Assembly (NCBI GenBank): GCA_963808235.1
Contig: CAWEEQ010000004.1
Location: forward strand, 1,344,001-1,408,000
DNA length: 64,000 bases
Source: an uncultured delta proteobacterium
GTDB taxonomy: Bacteria; Desulfobacterota; Binatia; Binatales; Binataceae
Reading direction: 5' to 3'
Within the stretch, counting starts at the first letter, position 1. Every line of letters begins with the position of its first letter. This document shows positions 1 through 9,647 of this stretch, one piece after another. The translations under genes were made by a program, and so were the position numbers. The notes beneath the pieces are model-generated. The model was given only the letters and a program-made list of their open reading frames with translations. It had not been told where the DNA came from and made no database searches.

Positions 1-1193
1 AGCGCTATGGCTTGCGCCTGCTGTCGCAAGGCCGGCGTCATGAACTGCTTTGCAGCATCGGAGTTTGGATCCAGGGTTCGCGCCCAAGTGTCGTAGAAGA
101 CGATTCGTGTGACCCGTTCCGGATGGCGTGCTGCATAAGCAATCGTCGCGGATCCTCCTGCGGAGATGCCGTAGAGGGCGAACCGCCGCAGCTTGAGCGC
201 ATCGACCACCGCCTCGAGGTCGCGCACCCGGGGTTCCAGCGAATAGTCTCGGAGGCCCCGCTCCGAGAGGCCGCATCCGCGTCCGTCGTATTGCACAATC
301 AGGTGATGCGGGCCCACTGATTCGAGAAAGTCGTTGCTATATGTCGGACTACCCACGCCACGTGTCAGATGTGTCCCCCATCCAAGTACGAGCACGACGG
401 GCGGACCATTGCCGCTGGTGCCATAGGCAATCCGCACTCCGTCGCTCGTCATGCAGTAACCGATCTTCTGATGGAGCCGGGTAGGGAGGATCCGCGGGAC
501 GTAGATGAGTAAGGCGGTAGCGATCTCGACGTAGAAGGTTGAATAGAGAAGGTACCCGACCAGGGCCGCGCCTACCGAGGCAAAGCTGAACGTGCGGATC
601 GACGGAAGGCGGGATGTCACCCGGCGCGCGAGGCCCGCGAACGCCGACCCCGCTGGCTTGCGGCCGCGACTCGACGATACGGTGGTGGCAAGGGTGTAGA
701 CGCGAACCGGGTGGCTTACGTTCTTGAGGCTCTTTTCGCCGAGATAAGTCGCCGCCATCCCGGGCTTGTTGCGAATCTCGTCGAAGACATGATCCGACAC
801 GCAGATTCCGCCCGGCGGCGCCAGCGCGTGGATCCGCGACGCCACGTTCACTCCGTCTCCGACTACGTTGTTGTTGGAGAACACAACGTCGCCGACGTGA
901 ATCCCAATCCGCAGCCGAAGCTCCGAGTCATCCACCAGCGCGGCCTGGAGTTCGTGCGCGCAATTGACCGCGTCCGTCGCGCTATGGAAGCTCGAGAGCG
1001 TGCCGTCGCCGATCTCGCCAAGCATCCGGCCGTTGAATTTCGGAAGGAGTAAGCGGAGCAATTCGCGATGCTCGTGCAGCGCGCGGATCGCCTTCGCCTC
1101 GTCGCGGCCCATGATGAGCGTGTAGCCCGCGATATCGCTGAACATGATCGCGGCAAGCTCGCGAGTCGAGTTTGAGTCGGCCAGGTTCCCCAT
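1..1193 (-). CDS. Class III adenylate/guanylate cyclase - TM helix - alpha/beta hydrolase fusion (runs off the window; absent from ORF track)
   Basis: Manual translation from ATG at 1193 gives MGNLADSNSTRELAAIMFSDIAGYT...GEIGDG...RIGIHVGDV...GDGVNVASRI (cyclase), then hydrophobic SVGAALVGYLLYSTFYVEIATALLIYV, then TSDGVRIAY...YDGRGCGLS...LYGISAGG...AARHPERV (hydrolase, GxSxG). No stop seen in the translated stretch. Confidence 0.85.
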   Translation of the reverse strand, partial: MGNLADSNSTRELAAIMFSDIAGYTLIMGRDEAKAIRALHEHRELLRLLLPKFNGRMLGEIGDGTLSSFHSATDAVNCAHELQAALVDDSELRLRIGIHVGDVVFSNNNVVGDGVNVASRIHALAPPGGICVSDHVFDEIRNKPGMAATYLGEKSLKNVSHPVRVYTLATTVSSSRGRKPAGSAFAGLARRVTSRLPSIRTFSFASVGAALVGYLLYSTFYVEIATALLIYVPRILPTRLHQKIGYCMTSDGVRIAYGTSGNGPPVVLVLGWGTHLTRGVGSPTYSNDFLESVGPHHLIVQYDGRGCGLSERGLRDYSLEPRVRDLEAVVDALKLRRFALYGISAGGSATIAYAARHPERVTRIVFYDTWARTLDPNSDAAKQFMTPALRQQAQAIA

Positions 1194-1399
1194 CTCGTTC
1201 CACCCCAGAGAACAATCCAAGGCGCCCCGAAACGCTGTCACTATACTCCGCGTACCGGCAGGCGATAAGCTGCGCTCATCGCCGCTCCAACGAGCGGTCG
1301 CCCGATTCGGTAGTGGGTTTCCTCGCCTTAACTCGCCGTGATATTTAATCTAATCCGGACGGGGCTTGCGCCTTCAGCTTCCGCTGTCGAGGAGGATGG

Positions 1400-2359
1400 A
1401 TGTTTTCATCGATCGAGGACGTTATCGAACGGTTCGCCAAGAACAACTATATCGCCAGCCGGCGAATCGCGACCGTCATCTACCTGGCCAGCGAGATGCG
1501 CAAGCCCATCCTGGTCGAAGGCCCCGCCGGCGTCGGCAAAACCGATCTCGCCAAGGTGCTCTCCGCGTCGCTCGGCTTCGACATGATTCGCCTGCAGTGT
1601 TACGAAGGCCTCGACGAGGGCAAGGCGCTCTACGAATGGGAGTACGCCAAGCAACTCCTCTACACGCAGATTCTCAAAGACAAGATCAGCGAAGTGCTGG
1701 TCGGCGCGAAGGGCCTTACTGAGGCGGTCGATCGAATCGCGGCCCAGGACGAAGTCTTCTTCTCCGAGCGCTTCGTGCTGCCGCGTCCGCTCCTGAAGGC
1801 AATCTCAAGCGAGCAGCCCTCGGTGCTGCTGATCGACGAGATCGACAAAGCCGACGCCGAGTTCGAAGCCTTCCTGCTCGAGCTGCTCTCTGATTTCCAG
1901 GTCACCGTGCCCGAACTCGGCACGCTCAAGGCCAAGCACATTCCGCTCGTCGTACTGACTTCCAACAACGCACGCGAAATGTCCGACGCGTTGAAGCGTC
2001 GATGCCTCCATCTCTACATCGACTTTCCCGATCGCGCCCAGGAACTTGCGATCGTCAAGCTCAAGGTGCCCGAGGCCGCTCAGAAGCTCGCCGAAGAAGT
2101 CGTCACCGTCGTGCAATCGCTGCGCAAGCTCGACTTGAAGAAGACCCCGGGCATCAGCGAGACGCTCGATTGGGTCAAGGCGCTGACGCTGCTCAATGTG
2201 CAGAGCCTCGATCAGGAACTCGTCACCGAAACGCTCGACACGATCGTGAAGTACGAAGGCGACGTCCGCAAAGCGCAGGAAGAACTCAAGGATTATGTGC
2301 GTCGGGTCCGCGCGCGCCGCGGCACCGAAGCCGGCAGCGACAAGGATTTGTTGAACTGA
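1400..2359 (+). CDS. MoxR-family AAA+ ATPase (CoxD-like)
   Basis: Walker A EGPAGVGKT, RLQCYEGLD, Walker B LLIDEIDK, SDALKRRC; GAGGAGG RBS. Confidence 0.93.
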   Translation: MFSSIEDVIERFAKNNYIASRRIATVIYLASEMRKPILVEGPAGVGKTDLAKVLSASLGFDMIRLQCYEGLDEGKALYEWEYAKQLLYTQILKDKISEVLVGAKGLTEAVDRIAAQDEVFFSERFVLPRPLLKAISSEQPSVLLIDEIDKADAEFEAFLLELLSDFQVTVPELGTLKAKHIPLVVLTSNNAREMSDALKRRCLHLYIDFPDRAQELAIVKLKVPEAAQKLAEEVVTVVQSLRKLDLKKTPGISETLDWVKALTLLNVQSLDQELVTETLDTIVKYEGDVRKAQEELKDYVRRVRARRGTEAGSDKDLLN

Positions 2360-2382
2360 TTACGGAGCGCAAGAAGGCGGTC

Positions 2383-2916
2383 ATGGTGATCTGGCGGAAG
2401 TTGAACCGCGGCGCAAAAATCGGTCTTTTGTCCGGCGTCGCGGCTTCCATCGTTGGAGCAGCGTGCATGGGATTGGCGGTCGGGGCAATGCTTGGTGGTG
2501 GCTTTGGTGAGAAACTCGATGGCGCCAACGGAGTCGCGGTGGGCGGCTTTCTCGGATTCATCCTCGTTGCGGGAATCATCATAGTCCTCAGTGCTTGCGT
2601 GGGAGCAGCGGCAGGGCATGCGCTACATCGGTTCGATATGGGGCGCCGGTTGAAACTGGGTGGAAGGTTGGGAGGCGTCTTGGGAGTCCTGGCCGTGACG
2701 CCTCTATCAATATATTTAGGGTCAGCCGCGTGGACGGCAGTCGACGGCAACTTGGGTAAAAGCTTGGTCGGCGCTCTTGTCACGTCGATCTTCTTGCTGC
2801 TCCCCTTTACGTTGGCCATGGACGCGATTCTGGTTGTCGGTTTTGGCGTCGGAGCAGCAATCGGTCAAGTGATATATCGTTTCTTTGATCCGAATCCGCA
2901 CGAATCTGTGGCATGA
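2383..2916 (+). CDS. Gly-rich multi-pass membrane protein, unknown function
   Basis: MVIWRKLNRGAKIGLLSG...; about 4 hydrophobic Gly-rich helices; lies between the MoxR and VWA genes. Confidence 0.6.
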   Translation: MVIWRKLNRGAKIGLLSGVAASIVGAACMGLAVGAMLGGGFGEKLDGANGVAVGGFLGFILVAGIIIVLSACVGAAAGHALHRFDMGRRLKLGGRLGGVLGVLAVTPLSIYLGSAAWTAVDGNLGKSLVGALVTSIFLLLPFTLAMDAILVVGFGVGAAIGQVIYRFFDPNPHESVA

Positions 2917-2961
2917 AAAAACTCTGAGCGACAACCGGCGGAGTAGGGCACAACAACTGTC

Positions 2962-4374
2962 ATGCAAGATAAGCTCGTAGAGTTTGCGAACCTGCTGCGC
3001 GAGAACGGCGTCCGCGTCTCGCTCGCCGAAACGCTCGACGCGTTCAGCGCCTCGCAAGTTACCGGGCTCACCGAACGCGACGCGTTCCGCTCGGCGTTGC
3101 GCTCCACGATGGTCAAGCGGGCCAGCGAATTGCCGGTTTTCGAAGAACTCTTCGACATCTATTTCTCCGGCCTCGGCGAGATCATCAAGCAGGCCAGCCA
3201 GGCTGTGCAGAACGCGCTCTCGATGTCGGACCAGGAATTTCAAAAGTTCCTGGACGAAGTCGAAAAGATGCTCAAGAAGCAGGGCAAGGACCTCTCCGAG
3301 CTCGCCAAGCAGCTTCTGCAAAACAACAGTGGCGAGATGGAACGCAAGATTCGCGAAGCCTCGCGCGCCGTCAAGCTTCAAGGGATCGAACGCACCATCG
3401 AGGAGAACTACTTCGCCCGCGCGCTCGCCCGCCAGCTCGGCCTCGACAAGATCGAAGCCGAGATCAAGGAGCTTCGCGAGCAGCTCGAGAAGATGGACAT
3501 CGGGTCCGAGCTCAAGGCCAAGATGGAGGAGTATCTCGAGCGCAGGCTGAAGGCGCTCGACGACATAATCCGCCGCTATGTCCGGATGGAACGCGAGAAG
3601 CGCGACATCAAGCAGAAGGAAGATCAGCGCCTCAATCAGATCGGTGAGAAGAGCTTCTATTACCTGACCGAAGAAGAGCTCAAGAAAATGAACGAGGCGG
3701 TCACCCGCCTCGCGCAGCGGCTCAAGAACGTGATCACCGTGCGCCGCAAGCGGGCCAAGAAGGGCCGCTTCGATATCAAGCGCACGCTGCGCCAGAACCT
3801 CGAATACGGCGGGGTGCCATTCAAGCTCCGCTTCGAGAAGCGCAAGCGGGAAAAGCCGCAGGTCGTGATCCTGTGCGACGTGTCGGATTCGGTGCGCAAC
3901 GCGTCACGGTTCATGCTCCAGTTCGTGTATTCGTTGCAGGACCTCTATTCGCGCGTGCGCAGCTTCATCTTCGTCGCCGATATCGGCGAAGTGACCGAAT
4001 GCTTTCGCAACAACGACTCCGCCGAAGCGCTCGACGTCGCGCTCAAGGGCGATATAATCAATGTGTACGCGCACTCGAACTTCGGCTATGCGTTCCGCAA
4101 TTTCGTTTCCGATCATATCGGCTCGGTCAACAAGCGCACGACTGTGATCGTGCTCGGCGATGCCCGCAACAACTACAATCTGCCGCATGACTGGTGCCTG
4201 CGTGAAATCCGCCAGCGCGCCAAAAAGGTCATCTGGCTTAATCCTGAAAGCCGCAATACCTGGGGCTTCGGCGACAGCGAGATGGATCGCTACGCGCCGC
4301 ATTGCGACGTGGTGGAAGAGTGCCGCAATCTCAACCAGCTTTATCGCGTGATCGATCGCCTGGTCGCAGGCTGA
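2962..4374 (+). CDS. VWA-domain protein (CoxE-like), partner of MoxR
   Basis: N-terminal FANLLRENGVRVS, central coiled coil, MIDAS DVSDS, LGDARNN, WLNPE, WGFGDSEM. Confidence 0.9.
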   Translation: MQDKLVEFANLLRENGVRVSLAETLDAFSASQVTGLTERDAFRSALRSTMVKRASELPVFEELFDIYFSGLGEIIKQASQAVQNALSMSDQEFQKFLDEVEKMLKKQGKDLSELAKQLLQNNSGEMERKIREASRAVKLQGIERTIEENYFARALARQLGLDKIEAEIKELREQLEKMDIGSELKAKMEEYLERRLKALDDIIRRYVRMEREKRDIKQKEDQRLNQIGEKSFYYLTEEELKKMNEAVTRLAQRLKNVITVRRKRAKKGRFDIKRTLRQNLEYGGVPFKLRFEKRKREKPQVVILCDVSDSVRNASRFMLQFVYSLQDLYSRVRSFIFVADIGEVTECFRNNDSAEALDVALKGDIINVYAHSNFGYAFRNFVSDHIGSVNKRTTVIVLGDARNNYNLPHDWCLREIRQRAKKVIWLNPESRNTWGFGDSEMDRYAPHCDVVEECRNLNQLYRVIDRLVAG

Positions 4375-4508
4375 TAAATTGGCTCCGCGCCGTTTGCCAG
4401 CCTGTTTGGTTGACCACGCGGCGTCTTTGGGCCAAGATATTTTCACGGGGAGTTGTTGGGGATTCGAGCGTTATTTTTCCGCTCCCGTTTGAGAAGAAGA
4501 GCTCGTCT

Positions 4509-5042
4509 ATGGCAGGACACAAAGAAGATTTCATTCTGATGATGGTTGGGGGGATTACTCTCGACCCGTCCACCAAGATGCCGATTGTGGTCCTGAAAGA
4601 TCCTGACAACAAACTCAATCTGCACATCTGGATCGGCCCGCTCGAGGCCACTGCGATGGCCACCGAGCTCGAGGCGATCAAACCGCAGCGCCCGATGACG
4701 CATGACCTGCTGCGCAACCTCCTGGTCGAGTTCGGCGCCACCGTCGAATCAGCCGAGATAACCGAACTTCGCGAGAGCACTTACTTCGCCCGCATTCAGG
4801 TTAAGACCCGCGAGGGCAAGAGCCTTGAAATAGATTCGCGCCCGAGCGACGCAATCGCGCTGGCGCTGCGCACCAAGTCGCCCATCTACGTGGCCAAGAA
4901 AGTGCTCGAGGCTTCCAGCGAGCTGCACGAGTCGCAGGGCGAACCACAGACTTCGGATCAGAACCTGGCCAGCGTCTCGCGCGACAAATGGTCCGAGATC
5001 CTCGAGCGGATGTCGCCCGAGGATTTCAAGTACAAGATGTAA
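4509..5042 (+). CDS. Bifunctional nuclease family protein (DUF151)
   Basis: IWIGPLEA, RPMTHDLL, IDSRPSDAIALALR. Confidence 0.92.
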   Translation: MAGHKEDFILMMVGGITLDPSTKMPIVVLKDPDNKLNLHIWIGPLEATAMATELEAIKPQRPMTHDLLRNLLVEFGATVESAEITELRESTYFARIQVKTREGKSLEIDSRPSDAIALALRTKSPIYVAKKVLEASSELHESQGEPQTSDQNLASVSRDKWSEILERMSPEDFKYKM

Positions 5043-5102
5043 GCGCGTGCGCGCTTGCGTTTTCGCTGATCCTCTGCCGGGCGGCGCCCGCTGGAGCCTT
5101 CG

Positions 5103-5840
5103 ATGCCGCCGAGTACCCATCGCCGCAAGATAACCCAGAAAGAACTCAAGGCGCCCGACGAGCTGACCACACTCATCGACAGCGCGCGCGAATTCCTGCT
5201 CGCCAACCTTACCCAGGTTCTGATTTCGGCCGGCGTAGTAGTGGCGATCGGCGCGATCGTGATCGGCGTCTATTACTACGAGCGCCATCAAGACGCCGCC
5301 GTGTCAGCGCAGTTCTACGCCGCAATCACAACCCTCAACGCCGGCCATAGCAAGGAAGCGGAGGCGCAGTTCAAGAAACTCGCCGACGAAGAGCCGGGAC
5401 GCCGCTTGGGACGCCTCGCGCGCTTCTACCTGGCGAGCAGTTACCTTGGCGATGGCGACCTGCCCAACGCGCGCGATGCGCTGGTCGCATTCATTGCCGA
5501 GGAACACGATCCGATCTTCTCGAGCCTCGCGCTGACGGACCTCGCCGTGGTTTACGAAAAAATGGGTGACTGGCGCAAAGCCGCGGGTTCTTACGAACTG
5601 GCGGCCGGCGTACCGGGACCGGAGCAGGCGAGGGCGGAGTTGGGCGTCGCCCGGATGCTTGCGAAGTCAGGCGACAAGAGCCAGGCGATTGCGGCGTATC
5701 GCGGGTTTCTGACCGCTCATCCGTACGCCGCGCAGCGGCAGGATGTGATGGAATCCCTCGCACTGCTCGGCGCGCCGGCGGAGCCGCCGTCTTCAGCGCC
5801 GGCGCGGATCTCCGGTCCGCTGCCGGTTCTCAAGCACTAA
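5103..5840 (+). CDS. YfgM-like membrane-anchored TPR protein
   Basis: KELKAPDE N-terminus, single TM helix, TPR-like helices. Confidence 0.7.
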   Translation: MPPSTHRRKITQKELKAPDELTTLIDSAREFLLANLTQVLISAGVVVAIGAIVIGVYYYERHQDAAVSAQFYAAITTLNAGHSKEAEAQFKKLADEEPGRRLGRLARFYLASSYLGDGDLPNARDALVAFIAEEHDPIFSSLALTDLAVVYEKMGDWRKAAGSYELAAGVPGPEQARAELGVARMLAKSGDKSQAIAAYRGFLTAHPYAAQRQDVMESLALLGAPAEPPSSAPARISGPLPVLKH

Positions 5841-5866
5841 GCCACTAAGCACGTCGCTCGCGACGT

Positions 5867-6865
5867 TCAGTGTTTCGCGGACGCCGACTTGTCCGCGAGT
5901 TCGGAGTTGATCACGAATTCCAGCACCTTGTTGTCCGGCAGTCCTATCACCGGAATTCCGTTGATGAAGAAAGTCGGCGTCGAGGTGACCTTGATCGAGT
6001 TACCGTCGGCCTGGTCCTGCTTCACGCGATCGGAGGCTTGCGGACTGTTCATGCATACCTTCAGCGACGGAGTGTCCAGCTTCAAGTTCGTCGCTTCCTT
6101 GTCAACTTGATCCTGAAGATTCTTCGGCGTGATCGATCCCTGGTTCGAGTAGAAGTAACGAGCGAATTCCCAGAACGCAGTCGGATTCTGCAGGCGCGCA
6201 CATTCGGCCGCCTCCGCCGCTTTGACCGCCCACGGATGCACGTTGAGAGGAAAGTTCTTGAAGACGACCTTTATCTTGTCCTTGTAGTTCGTGTTGGCGA
6301 GCGTCTCGAGGACGCTGAAGGCGCGCGCGCAGAAGGGGCACTCGAAATCGGCAAACTCCACGATCGTTACCGGCGCATCGGCAGGTCCGACCGATGCGTT
6401 GTCGTTAAGATGAATCTTGCTGAGATCCATCCGTCCCCACGGCTCCTGGCTGCTGTCCAACAACTGTCCGATAAGCAGCTTGCTGCCGCTCTTGTCGAAA
6501 AACAGCGCCGTGTTGATCATCTGGCCGCTCTCGAGAATGACGGTAAGCCCCCGCGCGTAAGGCAAACCCGCGATGGGGCTCTGAACCGCGGGACCAAACT
6601 TGATCAAATCGGGATTTGGAATCTTGAAGTGCTTCTGTAGATACAGCTTCATCGCCGCATCGCGCGCGGGATCCGCCGGGACGGGCGCGGTGCTCAGTGC
6701 GGCGGGCGCCGCGATCTGCGCGGCCGCACTAGTGAGGCCCGCAGCGATGACGATGGCGCCAAGCGAAAGGGCGAAGCCGGTGAGGGCGGCCGCCCGCCGG
6801 ATTCCAGCCAGACCCTTTAATGAGTTCGCATAAGAAGTATTATGTAAACTAGGAAGTGTATTCAT
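5867..6865 (-). CDS. DsbA-family thiol-disulfide oxidoreductase
   Basis: EFADFECPFC (CxxC), FPLNVHPWA, STPTFFING cis-Pro; N-terminal hydrophobic segment; start uncertain. Confidence 0.88.
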   Translation of the reverse strand: MNTLPSLHNTSYANSLKGLAGIRRAAALTGFALSLGAIVIAAGLTSAAAQIAAPAALSTAPVPADPARDAAMKLYLQKHFKIPNPDLIKFGPAVQSPIAGLPYARGLTVILESGQMINTALFFDKSGSKLLIGQLLDSSQEPWGRMDLSKIHLNDNASVGPADAPVTIVEFADFECPFCARAFSVLETLANTNYKDKIKVVFKNFPLNVHPWAVKAAEAAECARLQNPTAFWEFARYFYSNQGSITPKNLQDQVDKEATNLKLDTPSLKVCMNSPQASDRVKQDQADGNSIKVTSTPTFFINGIPVIGLPDNKVLEFVINSELADKSASAKH

Positions 6866-7031
6866 GAAATTGAGAAAGCTCCTGTCCTGCAAGGGGTTTC
6901 GTCGATTGCCTGCTGCTCGCACTTCTGCCGATCAGATTATGTGATGCTCTTCCGAGATGAAAAAGGCGGTCCTTAAAACGATCTTCATCATTGCTCTTCA
7001 GCGCTCCTCCAGATTTGCGGGACAGTTCTAG

Positions 7032-7676
7032 CTAATCTGGAACGGTCCGTACAGCACGCGGCGCTTTCTTATCGGCCGCGCGAGCGCGGCCCAGTGCACG
7101 CAGCGCGCTGCGCGCCACGAAGTTGCGGGGCTCGAGCTTGAGTACCTGCTCGTAGTACGCCAACGCGGTCGCCGGCCGGTCCATGCGCGCGGCGCATCGC
7201 GCCATCGCGATCAGAAGCTCGCTGCCACTGTCGGCGCCGAACTCACGCGCGCGTTTGAGCGCGATGAACGCGTCGGCAAATTTCTCCAGTTCCACAAGCG
7301 CGAGGCCGAGCCGCAGGAGTGCTACCGAATTGAGCGGGTCGAGCTGCACAGCATCACGATACATGAGCAGGGCGCCCCGCCGTGCGCCTTTCGCGTACAG
7401 GTCACTTGCCGCGGCGGCCATTCGCGCGCCCTCTTCGCTCCATCCGCGCGATTCGACTTCGACCGTGATCTCGTCGTGTGAGACTTCGGCTTTGATCAGC
7501 TTCAGCTTGGATCCCAGGTATTCGCGGAGCCGATCGAGCACTGCATCGCCGTTGGTTTCCGCCGATTCGAGGAAAGCGATTCCTATCGGATCGCCAATGT
7601 GATCTTCACGTCGGATCACGAGCGATCGTCGCTGGCGAATCGGCGCGCCGGCCGCTCTTCGCTCAGACTCGCTCAT
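7032..7676 (-). CDS. TPR-repeat protein
   Basis: TPR signatures (AVQLDPLNS, YEQVLKLEPRN). Confidence 0.7.
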   Translation of the reverse strand: MSESERRAAGAPIRQRRSLVIRREDHIGDPIGIAFLESAETNGDAVLDRLREYLGSKLKLIKAEVSHDEITVEVESRGWSEEGARMAAAASDLYAKGARRGALLMYRDAVQLDPLNSVALLRLGLALVELEKFADAFIALKRAREFGADSGSELLIAMARCAARMDRPATALAYYEQVLKLEPRNFVARSALRALGRARAADKKAPRAVRTVPD

Positions 7677-8820
7677 TGGGGTCGAATAATTTCCGGTATT
7701 CGTCGAGCGCGAAGCGATCCGTCATTCCAGCAATATAGTCCGCTACCGCGCGCGAGATGGGCTCGCCGTAGTGCTCGGCGCGCACCAGGACGTGCCCAGG
7801 CATCTGTCGCGGCTCGGTCATGTAAGTGTTGAAAAGCCGCTCGAGCACCCTGCCCGCCTTCTCGGTCATCCTGCTGACGCGGTAATGATGGTAGAGGCGC
7901 TCGCTCATGACGTGCTTGATCTCATCGACTTGCGGAGCCATCGCGGCGCTGAAACTTGCCAGCGCCCTGCCCGCCCGCCGGACGTCATCGACGCTCCCGA
8001 TATTGCGCTCGAGTTGCGCGGCGAGATTCATCATCAAGTCAGTGGACATCGCGTCGATCATCCGGATGACAGTCTGGTAGCGCAGGATGCGCATCTCGGC
8101 GCCGGGAAATGCGTCCCGCGCCGCCGCGTCCGAGGCTCTGAACAGCGCCGATTCGCTCAGTTGCTCGACGGTCAGCATCTGCGCCTTCAGGCCGTCATCG
8201 ACGTCGTGCGCCAGATAGGCGATTTCGTCCGCCAGGTCGACGATTTGCGCTTCGAGACAGGGATAGGTGGTCGGGTCGAACTCTTGCGCGGCGGGGCGAT
8301 CCTGGAAGTGCGAATGTTTGACGATTCCCTCACGCACTTCGAAGCTCAAATTGAGTCCGCGATAGTTCGGATAACGGATTTCAATCCAGTCGACTGTGCG
8401 CAGGCTCTGCGCGTTATGATCGAAGCCGCCGTACGGAGTCATCAGCTCGTTCAGCATGCGCTCGCCGGCGTGTCCGAAAGGCGTGTGTCCGAGATCGTGC
8501 GCAAGCGCGACCGCCTCCGCCAGTTCCTCGTTGAGGCCGAGCGCGCGGGCCACCGTGCGCGCGATTTGAGCGGCTTCGAGCGTATGGGTTAATCGAGTGC
8601 GGTAGTAGTCGCCCTCGTGATTTACAAAAACCTGGGTCTTGTATTCGAGCCGGCGAAACGCGGCCGAGTGAATTATGCGATCGCGGTCGCGCTGAAAGAC
8701 GGTGCGGATCGGATGCTCGGGTTCGGAAAAGCGACGGCCGCGGCTGGCCCGCGACGCCATCGCATATGGCGCCAGCGTGTGCGCCTCGATGCTCTCCAGC
8801 TCCTGCCTCGTCCGCAACAT
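7663..8820 (-). CDS. dgt: Deoxyguanosinetriphosphate triphosphohydrolase
   Basis: FQRDRDRIIHS, RTRLTHTLE, AHDLGH (HD), DYIAGMTDRFA. Confidence 0.95.
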   Translation of the reverse strand: MLRTRQELESIEAHTLAPYAMASRASRGRRFSEPEHPIRTVFQRDRDRIIHSAAFRRLEYKTQVFVNHEGDYYRTRLTHTLEAAQIARTVARALGLNEELAEAVALAHDLGHTPFGHAGERMLNELMTPYGGFDHNAQSLRTVDWIEIRYPNYRGLNLSFEVREGIVKHSHFQDRPAAQEFDPTTYPCLEAQIVDLADEIAYLAHDVDDGLKAQMLTVEQLSESALFRASDAAARDAFPGAEMRILRYQTVIRMIDAMSTDLMMNLAAQLERNIGSVDDVRRAGRALASFSAAMAPQVDEIKHVMSERLYHHYRVSRMTEKAGRVLERLFNTYMTEPRQMPGHVLVRAEHYGEPISRAVADYIAGMTDRFALDEYRKLFDPNERV

Positions 8821-8951
8821 CGTCGCCGTAATCCGCGCCCCCGGGCGCGGCGATTGCGATGGTACCACGTCAGGGGCGGGGTCCGAAGACCCTCTGCGAC
8901 ATCGCTCAACAGCAAATGGATGCAGCGACAAGCTGCTGCCCTGTATAGTCG

Positions 8952-9647
8952 ATGCTCGTGCGTGGAAGTCGACACCGTGGCGCCATCTCTCGAGTTACCT
9001 GGCTCGTCGCCATGAGCGCGCTTATGGCGGCCTGCTCTGCGTCGCAGCCCTCCGCACCACCCGCGCCGCTTCCGATCCAACCTTCTGCGCGACCGACTCC
9101 CGAAGTAGTTGGGTTGGCCTCGTGGTACGGACCTGGATTTGACGGCCGTCGGACTTCCACCGGCGCGATTTATAATCAGGAAGATCTTACCGCCGCCTCG
9201 AACCTGTTTCCGCTGGGGAGCCGCGTGATGGTCACGAATCTCGACAACGGGCGCTCAGTCGAAGTCGCCGTTATCGATCGCGGGCCGTTCAAGAAAGGGC
9301 GCAAGATCGATCTTTCGCACAAGGCCGCGACGATTATCGGGATGCTGGACAAGGGCACTGCGCCGGTTCGAATCGCGTTGCTAAGCGCTCCGCCCGGTGC
9401 GCCGGAGGTCGGAGCGGCGCCCCGCTACTTCGTCCAGGTCGGTTCGTTCTCGCGCAAAGATAACGCGGAGAATTTGCGCGACAAACTATCTGCATCCTAT
9501 CGCGATGTTCGCGTCGATCAGCTTGAAGCAGACCAACGCCGCTACTACCGTGTACGGATGGGCGCGTTTGCGACTCGCGACGAAGCAGAGTCGCGCGCCC
9601 GTGATTCTGCCCGCTTTGGGCTTCCAATAATTGTAGTGACTGAATGA
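8952..9647 (+). CDS. rlpA: Septal ring lytic transglycosylase RlpA with SPOR domain
   Basis: Lipobox LMAAC, GLASWYG, IDRGPF, IDLS; C-terminal VQVGSF...YRVRMG. Confidence 0.92.
   Translation: MLVRGSRHRGAISRVTWLVAMSALMAACSASQPSAPPAPLPIQPSARPTPEVVGLASWYGPGFDGRRTSTGAIYNQEDLTAASNLFPLGSRVMVTNLDNGRSVEVAVIDRGPFKKGRKIDLSHKAATIIGMLDKGTAPVRIALLSAPPGAPEVGAAPRYFVQVGSFSRKDNAENLRDKLSASYRDVRVDQLEADQRRYYRVRMGAFATRDEAESRARDSARFGLPIIVVTE

Noticed and set aside
5835-5851. cactaagc-cactaagc micro-duplication at a stop codon
   Set aside because: Too short to carry meaning
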